DNA of 64,000 bases from Candidatus Levybacteria bacterium RIFCSPHIGHO2_02_FULL_40_18 (GCA_001782235.1 MFOC01000007.1:251909-315908); one strand, 5' to 3'. Counted from the first letter of the stretch, positions 37,633 to 48,132 are shown. Translations and numbers: made by a program. Notes: generated from the sequence alone by a model not told the origin.

Positions 37633-39744
37633 ATGGCCTTACAAGATAGAAATGTACCGTTAGATAAGATTCGCAATATTGGAATTATTGCGCATATTGA
37701 TGCCGGGAAGACAACCACAACAGAGAGAATTCTTTATTACACCGGTAAAACCTATAAAATCGGCGAGGTTCATGAGGGCGCTGCGGTTATGGACTGGATG
37801 GACCAGGAGCGCGAGCGTGGAATCACTATTGTATCCGCTGCCACAACCACATTTTGGAAAGATGTCAGGATAAACATCATTGACACGCCCGGCCACGTTG
37901 ATTTTACCGCCGAGGTTGAAAGGTCACTTCGAGTTCTTGACGGAGCGGTTACTGTCCTTGACGCTGAGGAAGGAGTTCAATCTCAATCTGAGACTGTTTG
38001 GAGACAGGCGGATAAGTATAAGGTTCCAAGAATTTGCTTCATCAATAAAATGGATAAGCTTGGTGCGGACTTTGAGAAAACAGTCCAATCAATTATTGAT
38101 AAATTGGGTGCGAATCCTGTTGTTATAGGATTTCCAATTGGACGCGAACAAGACTTCAAAGGAATTTATCATTTACTTGAACAAAAGTCATATATTTGGT
38201 CAGGCGAGGAGCTTGGCGCAAAGTTTGAAGTAAAAGATGAGATCCCGGCCGGGATGGAAGAAACAATTAAGAAATATCGAGAGCAATTGGTTGAAAAAAT
38301 TGCTGAGACAGATGATAAATTACTCGAAAAATATCTTAACGGACAAGAAATCTCAAATGACGAATTGAAAGCAGCTCTTCGAGCCGCTGTTATTACGTAT
38401 AAAGTTGTTCCTATTTTTGCCGGGTCTTCACTCAGAAATAAAGGAGTTCAGCCACTCCTTGATGCTGCTGTTGATTATCTTCCATCACCTCTTGATTTAA
38501 AAGAAGTGAAAGGCGTAAATCCAAAAACAAATGCTGAGGAAATTCGTCAGTTAACACCAGAGGAATCATTTACAGGGTTTGCCTTTAAAGTTCAAATTGA
38601 TCCTCACGTTGGGAAACTGACATATGTTCGAATTTATTCAGGGAAAATGGCCTCCGGTTCTTACGCATACAATTCTAGCAAGGAGATAAAAGAGCGTGTC
38701 GGCCGACTTTTACTCATGCACGCAAACAATCGCGAGGAAGTTAAAGAGGCGTTTGCCGGAGAGATAGTTGCCATTGTTGGACTAAAAGACACTTCAACCG
38801 GAGACACGATTTGTGACGAATCAAAACCAATTCTGCTTGAAAAGATAATCTTTCCAGAACCGGTTATATCGCTTGCTATTGAACCAAAAACAAAGAGCGA
38901 TCAAGAAAAACTTGGACTTGCCTTGAAAAAACTTATGGATGAGGATCCAACATTTTCTGTAAAAACGGATCATGAGACCGGACAAACCATTATTTCCGGT
39001 GTAGGAGAGCTCCAGCTTGAAGTGAAAGTTGAGACAATGAAGCGGGAATTCGGAGTTCAGGCAAATGTAGGAGCACCGCAGGTTGCCTACAAAGAAACTA
39101 TCGAACAAGAAGGACAAGGTGAAGGAAAATACATTCGTCAAACTGGAGGCCGCGGTCAATACGGTCACTGTTTCTTAAGAGCCGAACCTCTAGGTCGAGG
39201 TGAGGGAATTGAGTTTGTCAACGCAATCAAAGGAGGAGCAATCCCCCAAGAATTTATTCCATCGGTTGAAAAGGGAACGCGGGAGGCTATGGACAATGGA
39301 GTTTTACTCGGATACCCGGTCACAGATATCAAGGTAACTCTTTATGACGGAACGTTTCATGAAGTCGACTCTTCAGACATAGCATTTAAGATCGCAGGTT
39401 CCATGGCATTTCAGGCTGCCGCCAAAAAAGCAAAATTAAAATTACTTGAGCCTATTATGAAAGTTGAGGTTACAACCCCGGAAGAATTTATGGGAACTGT
39501 AATTGGAGATCTCTCGTCAAAAAGAGCACAAATCGTTGGATCAAGCGAGCGTGGAAATGTTCGAATAATCTTAGCAAATGTTCCACTAGCCGAGCTTTCT
39601 GGATACGCAACAACCCTTCGCTCATTAACCCAGGGTCGGGCAATCCCCTATGTTGAACCAAGCCACTACGAAGAAGTTCCTCAAAATATAGTCCAGGCAA
39701 TGCTCGCCAAAAGTACATTTACCGGCCGCATCACCGCCCAATAA
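37633..39744 (+). CDS. fusA: Elongation factor G
   Basis: [25 protein letters not shown]; promoter TTGCAG-17-TAAAAT at 37559-37587. Confidence 0.99.
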   Translation: MALQDRNVPLDKIRNIGIIAHIDAGKTTTTERILYYTGKTYKIGEVHEGAAVMDWMDQERERGITIVSAATTTFWKDVRINIIDTPGHVDFTAEVERSLRVLDGAVTVLDAEEGVQSQSETVWRQADKYKVPRICFINKMDKLGADFEKTVQSIIDKLGANPVVIGFPIGREQDFKGIYHLLEQKSYIWSGEELGAKFEVKDEIPAGMEETIKKYREQLVEKIAETDDKLLEKYLNGQEISNDELKAALRAAVITYKVVPIFAGSSLRNKGVQPLLDAAVDYLPSPLDLKEVKGVNPKTNAEEIRQLTPEESFTGFAFKVQIDPHVGKLTYVRIYSGKMASGSYAYNSSKEIKERVGRLLLMHANNREEVKEAFAGEIVAIVGLKDTSTGDTICDESKPILLEKIIFPEPVISLAIEPKTKSDQEKLGLALKKLMDEDPTFSVKTDHETGQTIISGVGELQLEVKVETMKREFGVQANVGAPQVAYKETIEQEGQGEGKYIRQTGGRGQYGHCFLRAEPLGRGEGIEFVNAIKGGAIPQEFIPSVEKGTREAMDNGVLLGYPVTDIKVTLYDGTFHEVDSSDIAFKIAGSMAFQAAAKKAKLKLLEPIMKVEVTTPEEFMGTVIGDLSSKRAQIVGSSERGNVRIILANVPLAELSGYATTLRSLTQGRAIPYVEPSHYEEVPQNIVQAMLAKSTFTGRITAQ

Positions 39745-39950
39745 TTTTCTTTGTACTTTTGCGCCGCCAAAAGTACCAAAATCTCTCGCCATGTCTCGTC
39801 TCATGCTTTAAATGTTTGAGTTTGTGTCGGCACCCACCGCTGTCTTCGGGCTTCGCCCTTGCAGCCGGGCTCCCTCACTTTGTTCAGTCCGCCCCCTGAC
39901 GCACTCACTCAACTTCTCATCCACTCAGCGTTCGAAATGGCGAAATTTAA
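39745..39950. repeat. ~200-bp multi-hairpin element containing a family E copy (39831-39896)
   Basis: gtacttttg/caaaagtac hairpin; tcgccat/atggcga outer stem; lies between two fusA-end copies. Confidence 0.65.
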
Positions 39951-40004
39951 GAAGCGCCGAATCACCGCCCAGTAAAATTTCCCAAAGTGTGGTAAAATAA
40001 GGGC

Positions 40005-40211
40005 ATGACAAAGATAGTTACTGATCCAAAAATCATGCTTGGGAAACCAACTATCGAAGGTACGCGAATTACTGTTGAACAAGTATTGAGACTTCTATCT
40101 CAAAAATTAACTGTGGATGAAATTATAGATGATTTTCCTCAACTTAAAGAAGCTGATATTCGAACAGCTGTAGATTATGCTGCCAAAATGGTCGCTAAGC
40201 CACAGATATAA
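40005..40211 (+). CDS. DUF433 antitoxin
   Basis: DPKIMLGKPTIEGTRITVE..FPQL. Confidence 0.9.
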   Translation: MTKIVTDPKIMLGKPTIEGTRITVEQVLRLLSQKLTVDEIIDDFPQLKEADIRTAVDYAAKMVAKPQI

Positions 40212-40219
40212 ATCCTCGA

Positions 40220-40570
40220 ATGAAGTTTATAGCGGATGAAAACCTCGGAATACGAGTCCCAAAGTATTTAAAAAGTTTAGGTTTCGATATTGTTGCCGTT
40301 AAAGAAATTGCACAGGGTAGACTTGATGCTGATATTCTAGATATAGCGAATAAAGAGCAGAGGATTCTTATTACGCTTGACAAAGATTTCGGCGAGCTAG
40401 TTTTTAAACAAAAATTAATTCATTCAGGTGTAATCCTGCTTCGATTAAAAGATGAATCAGTTGAAAACAAAGAGAAAGTATTACTCAGGGAATTAAAATC
40501 GAAAAAGAAATTCGAAAATAAATTTACAGTAATTTCAGACCCTAAGAAGGGCCGCATAACCTCCCAATAA
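40220..40570 (+). CDS. DUF5615 PIN-like toxin (VapC45-like)
   Basis: MKFIADENL, RILITLDKDFGEL, GVILLR; follows DUF433. Confidence 0.88.
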   Translation: MKFIADENLGIRVPKYLKSLGFDIVAVKEIAQGRLDADILDIANKEQRILITLDKDFGELVFKQKLIHSGVILLRLKDESVENKEKVLLRELKSKKKFENKFTVISDPKKGRITSQ

Positions 40571-40575
40571 AACAG

Positions 40576-41076
40576 CTACGTTCCAAAAGGGACGGTTGCG
40601 ACATATTTCCATTCGCTAGGGGCACCAGTAGTTTGAGTTATTAGAAACTTGTCTATGACAAATGAGGTAGAAGGAATCATTAAGGTGGAAGCTGCTTTTC
40701 CGCGAGTAAGCATATCATGATCTCCATATAACAAACTCATATGGGGCATGAATACGTTGTTCTCCATATCAAATAATTTTTTAGCGTCAATATTTAACTG
40801 CATCAGTTTGGCAGTTGAATTTATTCTTACAAAAACTGATTGAAAGTATGTTGTACTGAAAGAAACCGGTCCGAGACTTAGTTCCAGTTTGCTTAAACCT
40901 GTAGCTAGTTTTTTAACCTTTTGTTCCAGTTCCGATAGATCTGCTTCTATTTCTCCCAATAAAGTCATATGAGGGTCAAACTGGGGTCCTTGATACCTTT
41001 TAGATAATTGATCAATCGTGGCTTTTATTTGATAATAAATCGGATCAGGCGGAATAGTCCAAATACTATATTTCAT
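40576..41076 (-). CDS. 2H phosphoesterase (cyclic phosphodiesterase-like)
   Basis: YSIW, FDPHMTL and FMPHMSLLY (two HxT/S motifs). Confidence 0.85.
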   Translation of the reverse strand: MKYSIWTIPPDPIYYQIKATIDQLSKRYQGPQFDPHMTLLGEIEADLSELEQKVKKLATGLSKLELSLGPVSFSTTYFQSVFVRINSTAKLMQLNIDAKKLFDMENNVFMPHMSLLYGDHDMLTRGKAASTLMIPSTSFVIDKFLITQTTGAPSEWKYVATVPFGT

Positions 41077-41162
41077 ATGATAATTATAATAAACAACAAT
41101 AAAATTTCGCAACTAAACAGACGGCATTGACATTCAGAAAACTTTTGTTCTAAACTGGTTGT

Positions 41163-41498
41163 ATGATAAGCATGAGGAGGAATCAGGAGCTTTTTTGGCT
41201 GCTTGAGATTCTTCTATTAACACCGGTAGCTTTGTTTTGGATGGGAGTGGTTTCCCTGATGCTTGGCTCAGGCGATCTTTTCAACGCGGTAGTTGGACAA
41301 CCGTACTCAATGCTTAAGGCCGCTCTCGTAACGCTTATATGTCCGGCGGCCGCAGCTTGGTTTGCAATTGAATATTTGCGAGAAAATAAGCGAGAAAAAG
41401 GCTCGGCGCACGATATTGCAACAGCAATTATTGGTGTAAGTCTTGCAACAATTGGTTTTGTTCTTGTCTACCTTTTTGTCGAAAATAGACCCCGCTAG
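41163..41498 (+). CDS. Hypothetical membrane protein (3 TM)
   Basis: Three hydrophobic segments; TTGACA-18-TAAACT promoter. Confidence 0.7.
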   Translation: MISMRRNQELFWLLEILLLTPVALFWMGVVSLMLGSGDLFNAVVGQPYSMLKAALVTLICPAAAAWFAIEYLRENKREKGSAHDIATAIIGVSLATIGFVLVYLFVENRPR

Positions 41499-41559
41499 CC
41501 CTTCGCACAAATCCTAAGCACTAAATCCTAAATTCTAAATAATATATCAATATATATTT

Positions 41560-41640
41560 AGAAAATAGTTATTGGAAAATGGAAATTAGTAATGGAAATA
41601 TGGAAAATAGAAAATAGTTAAAATAAAAATACCAATTTCT
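41560..41640. repeat. Family B element copy 3 (right arm truncated)
   Basis: agaaaatagttattggaaaatggaaattagtaatggaaa...ccaatttct. Confidence 0.8.
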
Positions 41641-41694
41641 TATTGACAGAATTTTGGTATTCGAATAAAGGATTTGTGTTAAAATCAGAGCGTT

Positions 41695-42654
41695 ATGAAG
41701 GTTTATGCTGATTTTGAGATTCGAAACGAACTTTGGTACAAGATTGGAGGAAAAGTACGATATCTTATCGATGTTGAAAGTAAAGAAGACATTAAGAAGG
41801 CATTCGAGTTATTAAAAAAGGAGAAAATCAAAAAATTCTTTTTTTTGGGCTTAGGTTCAAATTTGATATTTAAAGATGAGTATTTTGCCGGGGCAGTAAT
41901 TCGTTTTTTGCCAAGCTCAAATCCGATTCGCCTGATTCGTCCACATATTATAGAAGCTGATGCAGGGGTAGTATTGGATGATGTCATAAATTTTGCATTT
42001 GACCATAACCTTGTTGGCCTTGAGTGGGCAGGAGGATTGCCCGGGCAGGTAGGCGCTGCCATTCGCGGAAATGTTGGGGCTTTTGGTAGTGAAATAAAAG
42101 ATAGCGTAAAGGAAGCGGAGGTTTTTGAGATCATAAATAATAAACCAAGATTTAAGGTCTTGCGACGATTTGAATTGCAATTCTCATACAGAAATTCGAT
42201 TGTCAAAAAAAAGAAGCTTGGGGTGATAAACGCACAATTTAGGTTGACTTCGGCAGATCAGGGGGTCGTAAACCGTGCGCGGCAAACCTACCTTAACAAT
42301 ATTGAATATCGAAAAATTCGCCATCCCCTCGAGTACCCAAACTGCGGCAGTATATTTAAAAATATAAGCGATCCTGCCCATATTCAAAAAATTCTTGAGG
42401 TCTATCCTGATCTTGAAGAGAAAATCATAAGAGAATGGCATGGCAAAGTAGCCATGGGTTACTTAATAAAGAGACTTGATCTCTCAGGATATCGTGTCGG
42501 AGATGCGCTTGTGTCTCCAAAGCACTGCAATTTTATCGTGAATCTTGGCAGCGCAAAAGCATCAGATGTTCTATCAATTATTAAATTAATCCAAAATAAG
42601 TTTGCGGAGACATTCGATTTTGTTCCAGAGGTAGAGGTTGAAATCATCCAATAG
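41695..42654 (+). CDS. murB: UDP-N-acetylenolpyruvoylglucosamine reductase
   Basis: GLGSNL, GLPGQVGAAIRGN, FSYRNS, GSIFKN, KHCNFIVN, EVEII. Confidence 0.95.
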   Translation: MKVYADFEIRNELWYKIGGKVRYLIDVESKEDIKKAFELLKKEKIKKFFFLGLGSNLIFKDEYFAGAVIRFLPSSNPIRLIRPHIIEADAGVVLDDVINFAFDHNLVGLEWAGGLPGQVGAAIRGNVGAFGSEIKDSVKEAEVFEIINNKPRFKVLRRFELQFSYRNSIVKKKKLGVINAQFRLTSADQGVVNRARQTYLNNIEYRKIRHPLEYPNCGSIFKNISDPAHIQKILEVYPDLEEKIIREWHGKVAMGYLIKRLDLSGYRVGDALVSPKHCNFIVNLGSAKASDVLSIIKLIQNKFAETFDFVPEVEVEIIQ

Positions 42655-42655
42655 A

Positions 42656-43270
42656 CTACTCTTTTCCGATTGTGACCACTGTATCGGCGCTGTTTGACTC
42701 CGAAAGATCAGCGGATGTTGTGCCAATAGTATAATTTGAGGAGAGGTCCTTTTTTATCAGATCTAAAAATTTCGAGCTCGCGCTTTTTATCTGAATTGTA
42801 GTTTTTGCGTAATCAAAATTATCTGCGTTTCCAACTTGAACAACGTTATATCCAAGTCCTTCAAGTAGATCCGATGCCTTTTTACCTACGCCCGCTGCCC
42901 CGCTTCCATTTAATACTTGTATCGAGAGCTTGCTTCTGTCAAGACCGGTACTTTTATCAATTGGATTGACTGTGGGTTTTGGAGTAGGCGTGTTTGTGGG
43001 TTTTTTGGTTGGAGATGTTTGCGGTTCCTCTGTTGGAGCCGGTTCTTCGGTTGGAATTGCTTCAATTGTTGGTGCCGGGGTAGGGGTGGGTTCGGTCTTA
43101 CTTGCTCCCCCAAAAAACCTAGTTACTCCAAAAATTACAAGCCCTAAAACAACAATTAAAATAATGATAGTAGCGTACCTTTTAAGATTGGTGTTCGATC
43201 TTGGGCGATTAATGCGACTCTCAAATTCACGTGGCGCTTGGAAAACTTCTTCCTTTTGCTCCTCTTCCAT
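42656..43270 (-). CDS. LytR C-terminal domain membrane protein (start ATG 43270)
   Basis: TM, Pro/Thr linker, IQVLNGSGAAG, VGNAD, VTIG. Confidence 0.85.
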   Translation of the reverse strand: MEEEQKEEVFQAPREFESRINRPRSNTNLKRYATIIILIVVLGLVIFGVTRFFGGASKTEPTPTPAPTIEAIPTEEPAPTEEPQTSPTKKPTNTPTPKPTVNPIDKSTGLDRSKLSIQVLNGSGAAGVGKKASDLLEGLGYNVVQVGNADNFDYAKTTIQIKSASSKFLDLIKKDLSSNYTIGTTSADLSESNSADTVVTIGKE

Positions 43271-43328
43271 TGCCAATATAATAGCACTAAATTTCGATTT
43301 TGCAAGTGTTAACTTGCTAAATTCGCTC

Positions 43329-43516
43329 GGGGTCCTACCACTTCGCAGTTTCCGCACGTTGAAAGTGACGCTCAGCTTCCTCAAGTGGTTATACAATCTT
43401 TATCCCCAGTCTTCGCTAAGTGAACGCAAGCATATAAAGTCCTCTAATTCAAAAGTTTATTCTAAGCTTGCGTTCAATTCACTTTCAAGTGGAAAACCGC
43501 TCCGTGGTGCCCCCCC
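43329..43516. other. ~190-bp structured intergenic element with nested inverted repeats
   Basis: accac..tttcc..ttgaaagtga / tcactttcaa..ggaaa..gtggt outer stem; tgaacgcaagc / gcttgcgttca inner stem. Confidence 0.6.
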
Positions 43517-43517
43517 A

Positions 43518-43904
43518 TTAATTACTGGCTCGGACCTGGACTAATTGGAAGAAGTTGCCGTCCGGATCAACAAATGTCGCAATAAGACCATATCCCTCAA
43601 TATGGTAAATGTCTTGTTGAACCTTGACCTTTGCTCTTTTTAACCTTTTTGCCTCTTTTTCAATGTCGTCAACTTCAAAATTTATAATCATTCGTTCAGG
43701 ATTTTTATTTTTACCCTTAACTTTCGAATGATCGTTTATATAAAAGCCTGACCCTCCTTTTAATGCAAATTCGTAGCCTTTTTCTCCTTCTTCCCCATAT
43801 TCAAATTCCATGGTTTGTTCGAGTCCTACAACCTCTCTATAGAACTTTGCCAGTTTAGTAGCGTTAGCGCTTCCTAATAATACACTCTCTATTCCTTTTA
43901 TCAT
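43518..43904 (-). CDS. VOC/glyoxalase family protein
   Basis: FYREVVGL, INFEVDDI, FVDPDGN. Confidence 0.88.
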   Translation of the reverse strand: MIKGIESVLLGSANATKLAKFYREVVGLEQTMEFEYGEEGEKGYEFALKGGSGFYINDHSKVKGKNKNPERMIINFEVDDIEKEAKRLKRAKVKVQQDIYHIEGYGLIATFVDPDGNFFQLVQVRASN

Positions 43905-43965
43905 TATTTATCACCACCTTGCTTGTAAGTGATAGTTTAAGTATGTAGAATAATACTACTCACTT

Positions 43966-44478
43966 ATGAATAAAACAATACTCATTTTAATAACTGTTTT
44001 TGTAGTTGGGGGGATAGGTGCTTTCTTACTTTTGAATTCGAATCGAACATCAAATGAGTTGAAAAGCCAAAACAAATCTTTAGAGACCTCAAGAAAAATT
44101 GAGGGATACCAGGGGAATGTTTTGGCAGGCAATGTTTCGCCCTTTTTAGAATTTAATAAAGCTGACTACGAAAGGGCAAAATCACAAGGCAAGATTATTC
44201 TGCTAGATTTTTATGCTAATTGGTGCCCTGTCTGCCGGGCTGAGGAACCCGCGATACATTCAGGTTTCGATGAATTAAATGATCCAAACATTGTTGGTTT
44301 TCGAGTTAGCTTTAATGATTCGGATACCGATTCAGATGAAAAAGCTTTGGCACAAGAATTCAATATTCCTTATCAACATACAAAAGTAATACTTAAAAAT
44401 GGCGTCGAAGTATCCCGTTCAAATGAACAGTGGACAAAAGAAGACCTAATTGGAGCTGTCAATAAAGAACTCGAGTAG
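43966..44478 (+). CDS. Membrane-anchored thioredoxin
   Basis: FYANWCPVC, N-terminal TM. Confidence 0.88.
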   Translation: MNKTILILITVFVVGGIGAFLLLNSNRTSNELKSQNKSLETSRKIEGYQGNVLAGNVSPFLEFNKADYERAKSQGKIILLDFYANWCPVCRAEEPAIHSGFDELNDPNIVGFRVSFNDSDTDSDEKALAQEFNIPYQHTKVILKNGVEVSRSNEQWTKEDLIGAVNKELE

Positions 44479-44492
44479 TATGAAAATTTTTT

Positions 44493-44615
44493 AGAAAATA
44501 GTTATTAGAGAATGGAAATTAGTAATGGAAATTTGAAAATAGAAAATAGATAAAAACACCAATTTCTAATATCTAATTTCTATTACCATTTTCTTACTTC
44601 TTACAACCATTTTCT
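44493..44615. repeat. Family B element copy 4
   Basis: agaaaatagttattagagaatggaaattagtaatggaaa...atctaatttctattaccattttc...aaccattttct. Confidence 0.85.
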
Positions 44616-44626
44616 ATTTTTAACTT

Positions 44627-46393
44627 ATGATTGTTCTGCTTCTTTTTGCGTTTCTCTCGGGTTTAGTAACAATTGCGGCTCCTTGCATTTGGCCGCTTTT
44701 ACCAATTATCCTTTCATCCTCGATTCTTGGCAGCGATCATAGAAGACCCCTTGGAATAACAATTGGGATTTTAATTAGTTTCGGAATTCTGACACTCACA
44801 ATCTCTTACCTTGTAAGCGTATTTCGCTTTGATCCAAGTATATTAAGATACATTGCCGTCGCAGTTCTTCTGTTTTTGGGCGTTGCAATGGTTGTCCCCC
44901 TATTGACTCGAATTGTTGAAGGATGGGTCTCGCGATTCGCTGGAAGATTCGGCCAAGCTTCCGGCCAACAAAACCCTGATTTTCTACACGGCCTTATTAC
45001 CGGTCTCTCATTAGGCGTTGTTTGGACACCATGTGCTGGGCCAATTTTGGCGGCAATCGCAACGCTTGCGGCAACGAGAGCTGTTAATTCTGAAATAGTT
45101 TTAGTGACAATTGTTTATCTTGTAGGTGTAGGAATTCCTCTGTTTATTTTCGCCTGGGGAGGACAAAGAATAGTGAGCAAAACTCGAGTATTTAATAAAT
45201 ATACCGGCATTGTTCAGAAATTCTTTGGAATTATTATAATCCTAACAGCACTTTTAATCGCAACGAATTACGATAAGGTTCTTCAAGCAAAATTACTTGA
45301 TGTGTTTCCAGCTTATGCAAAGTTTGTGGTGGATCTTGAAAGCAATGATGTAGTGAAAAAACAATTAGATCTAATTCGAAAGGATAAAAAAGACGACGAT
45401 ATGGTCGGTAAACCTTTTAGTCCAATGCCGGTCAAAAAACAAAATGATTTATTTAACGCAAATTTTCAGGCTCCGGAGCTTGCGGGTATTTCGAATTGGT
45501 TAAATTCGAACAAGCCCTTAACCCTTTCAGAACTTCGCGGAAAAGTAGTTTTGATAGATTTCTGGACGTACACATGCATTAATTGCATCCGAACTTTGCC
45601 GCATGTTACCTCTTGGTATGAGAAATATAAAGACAAGGGGTTTGTGGTTATAGGAGTGCATACTCCAGAGTTTGAATTTGAGAAGAAGACAGAAAACGTT
45701 GAGGCCGCAATCAAACAATACGGTATAAATTACCCTGTTCCTCAAGACAATGATTATAAAACGTGGGATGCTTTTAATAATCGATATTGGCCGGCAAAGT
45801 ACTTAATAGATAAGGACGGGATTGTTCGATATGTCCATTTTGGGGAAGGGAAATATGAAGAGACGGAAAAAGCAATTAGACTGCTCCTTGAAGAAGCGGG
45901 TTCGCAGATTAAGGAAGATATGTCAGGCCTTCCGGATGAAACGCCACGTGCTCGCAATTCGCCTGAAACTTATCTTGGTTCGCAGCGAATGAAATTTTAC
46001 TTTCCAAATGGCAGACTCGATAACGGAACATATAAAGATCTTGTAACCCATTCGAATATTCCGACAAATTCATTCACTTTAGGCGGAGATTGGGAGATTA
46101 TGGATGAATATTCGACTAGTGGTCAGAATGCGGTATTAGAATATCGATTTTCCGCAAGCAAAGTATTTTTGGTAATGAGACCAGTAGGTGGAGACGTTGA
46201 GGCTGTAAAGGTTTTTCTCGACGGAAAACTCGTCGATGGTTTAGGTTCAGGGTCGGACCCTGAGCGTGGGGTTGTAAAGATTGATTCGGATAGACTTTAC
46301 AATCTAATTGATCTTGCCGGAAATCGTGGCGAGTATTTACTTAGGCTCGAATTTTCCCCCAATATCGAAATCTTCGCTTTCACTTTCGGCTGA
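44627..46393 (+). CDS. dipZ: DipZ-like CcdA-thioredoxin fusion
   Basis: APCIWPLLP, WTPCAGPIL, FWTYTCINC, HTPEF, FAFTFG. Confidence 0.88.
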   Translation: MIVLLLFAFLSGLVTIAAPCIWPLLPIILSSSILGSDHRRPLGITIGILISFGILTLTISYLVSVFRFDPSILRYIAVAVLLFLGVAMVVPLLTRIVEGWVSRFAGRFGQASGQQNPDFLHGLITGLSLGVVWTPCAGPILAAIATLAATRAVNSEIVLVTIVYLVGVGIPLFIFAWGGQRIVSKTRVFNKYTGIVQKFFGIIIILTALLIATNYDKVLQAKLLDVFPAYAKFVVDLESNDVVKKQLDLIRKDKKDDDMVGKPFSPMPVKKQNDLFNANFQAPELAGISNWLNSNKPLTLSELRGKVVLIDFWTYTCINCIRTLPHVTSWYEKYKDKGFVVIGVHTPEFEFEKKTENVEAAIKQYGINYPVPQDNDYKTWDAFNNRYWPAKYLIDKDGIVRYVHFGEGKYEETEKAIRLLLEEAGSQIKEDMSGLPDETPRARNSPETYLGSQRMKFYFPNGRLDNGTYKDLVTHSNIPTNSFTLGGDWEIMDEYSTSGQNAVLEYRFSASKVFLVMRPVGGDVEAVKVFLDGKLVDGLGSGSDPERGVVKIDSDRLYNLIDLAGNRGEYLLRLEFSPNIEIFAFTFG

Positions 46394-46550
46394 TTTGATA
46401 CTTGACCCATTCGACTCCCGTTTTAACCTCTCGACTTCTCTCGGTGCAGTCAAGTTAGTATTTTACTACTTGACGATTAGGTAAAAATTTTGTATGATCT
46501 ATTCCGCACCTGAAATTCAGAGGGTGTTTTTATTTGCAAAATTCGATAAT

Positions 46551-47732
46551 ATGGCTGGAAAATTTGAAAGAACAAAACCACACATTAATATTGGAACTAT
46601 TGGTCACGTAGACCATGGTAAAACCACACTGACCTCTGCTATTACTATGGCTTTAGCCAAAAAAGGCATGGCCGAAGCCAAGAAATATGAAGATATTGAT
46701 AATGCCCCTGAGGAAAAAGCCCGCGGAGTCACCATTAACATTTCCCACCAAGAATACGAAACAGAAAAAAGACACTACGCTCATATTGATGCTCCTGGGC
46801 ACGCAGATTACATCAAAAACATGATTACGGGAGCAGCTCAGATGGACGGAGCAATTCTTGTAGTCTCAGCTGCAGACGGTCCAATGCCTCAAACAAGAGA
46901 ACACATTCTTCTTGCTCGCCAGGTTGGAGTTCCGGCAATTGTGGTTTTTCTTAATAAGGTTGATATGGTTTCAGATCCTGAGCTTATTGATCTTGTTGAA
47001 ATGGAAGTTCGCGAACTCTTGACTAAGTACCAATACCCGGGAGCTGATGTGCCTATTATTAAAGGTTCGGCTCTTAAGGCTACTCAAGGTGACGCTGAGG
47101 CTGAGGCACAAATCATGGAGCTTATGAACAAGGTTGACGAATATATCCCAACCCCAACTCGCGATATCGACAAACCGTTCTTAATGCCGGTTGAGGATGT
47201 TTTTTCAATTAAAGGCCGTGGAATAGTTGTAACAGGCCGTGTTGAACGAGGACAGACAAAAGTCAATGACACAATAGAGATTGTTGGAATTAAAACAACA
47301 AAATCAACGGTTATCACAGGGATTGAGATGTTTAGAAAAAGCCTTGATGAGGCTCAAGCCGGGGATAACGCCGGACTTCTCCTTCGCGGAATTGAAAAGA
47401 AAGACGTTGAAAGAGGACAAGTTATTGCAAAACCAGGTTCAATTACCCCACACACAGAATTTGAAGCAGAGGTTTATGTTTTGACAAAAGAAGAAGGTGG
47501 ACGCCACACACCGTTCTTCACAGGATACCGCCCGCAATTTTATATTCGAACCACAGACGTAACCGGCGAAATTAAACTTCAGGAGGGCGTTGAAATGGTC
47601 ATGCCAGGAGACAATACCAAGATGAACGCAACATTGATTGTTCCAATCGCACTTGAAGAAGGAATGAGATTTGCAATTCGCGAGGGTGGTAAGACAGTAG
47701 GCGCAGGCGTAATTACTAAGGTTACTAAATAA
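46551..47732 (+). CDS. tuf: Elongation factor Tu
   Basis: [27 protein letters not shown]; promoter TTGACG-17-TATGAT at 46470-46498. Confidence 0.99.
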   Translation: MAGKFERTKPHINIGTIGHVDHGKTTLTSAITMALAKKGMAEAKKYEDIDNAPEEKARGVTINISHQEYETEKRHYAHIDAPGHADYIKNMITGAAQMDGAILVVSAADGPMPQTREHILLARQVGVPAIVVFLNKVDMVSDPELIDLVEMEVRELLTKYQYPGADVPIIKGSALKATQGDAEAEAQIMELMNKVDEYIPTPTRDIDKPFLMPVEDVFSIKGRGIVVTGRVERGQTKVNDTIEIVGIKTTKSTVITGIEMFRKSLDEAQAGDNAGLLLRGIEKKDVERGQVIAKPGSITPHTEFEAEVYVLTKEEGGRHTPFFTGYRPQFYIRTTDVTGEIKLQEGVEMVMPGDNTKMNATLIVPIALEEGMRFAIREGGKTVGAGVITKVTK

Positions 47733-47808
47733 CCTTGATTGCACTTTTTACAATTCGGTTCGAACATTAATTGCAAAGCCTACTGTTGAAGTAGGTTTTT
47801 TGTTTATT

Positions 47809-48120
47809 ATGGCAACGAAAGGAAGGATCAGAGTACGTTTAAAGTCATATGATTCAAGAATAATTGACTCAACATGTCAGCAAATCCTTGATACAGCTAT
47901 TCGCACAGGCGCAAAAGTTGCCGGTCCCATCCCTTTGCCAACCAAGCGAATGGTACTTGCGGTAAATAAATCCCCCTTTATAGATAAAGATGCTCGTGAG
48001 CACTTTGAGCTCAAAACCCACAAGAGGTTAATTGATATCCTAAATCCCACCGATAATACCATCGAATCATTGATCCATTTAGATCTCCCTGCAGGCGTCG
48101 ATGTCGAAATCAAGATGTAG
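47809..48120 (+). CDS. rpsJ: 30S ribosomal protein S10
   Basis: RIRVRLKSYD, GPIPLPT, THKRLIDI. Confidence 0.98.
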   Translation: MATKGRIRVRLKSYDSRIIDSTCQQILDTAIRTGAKVAGPIPLPTKRMVLAVNKSPFIDKDAREHFELKTHKRLIDILNPTDNTIESLIHLDLPAGVDVEIKM

Positions 48121-48132
48121 CCTCGGGAAGTG

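Noticed and set aside
39812-40000. 62-aa ORF after fusA
   Set aside because: It reads through the structured repeat element and shows no protein features.
42917-43544. Plus-strand ORFs of 76 and 204 aa
   Set aside because: Antisense to the Pro/Thr-rich LytR-C gene.
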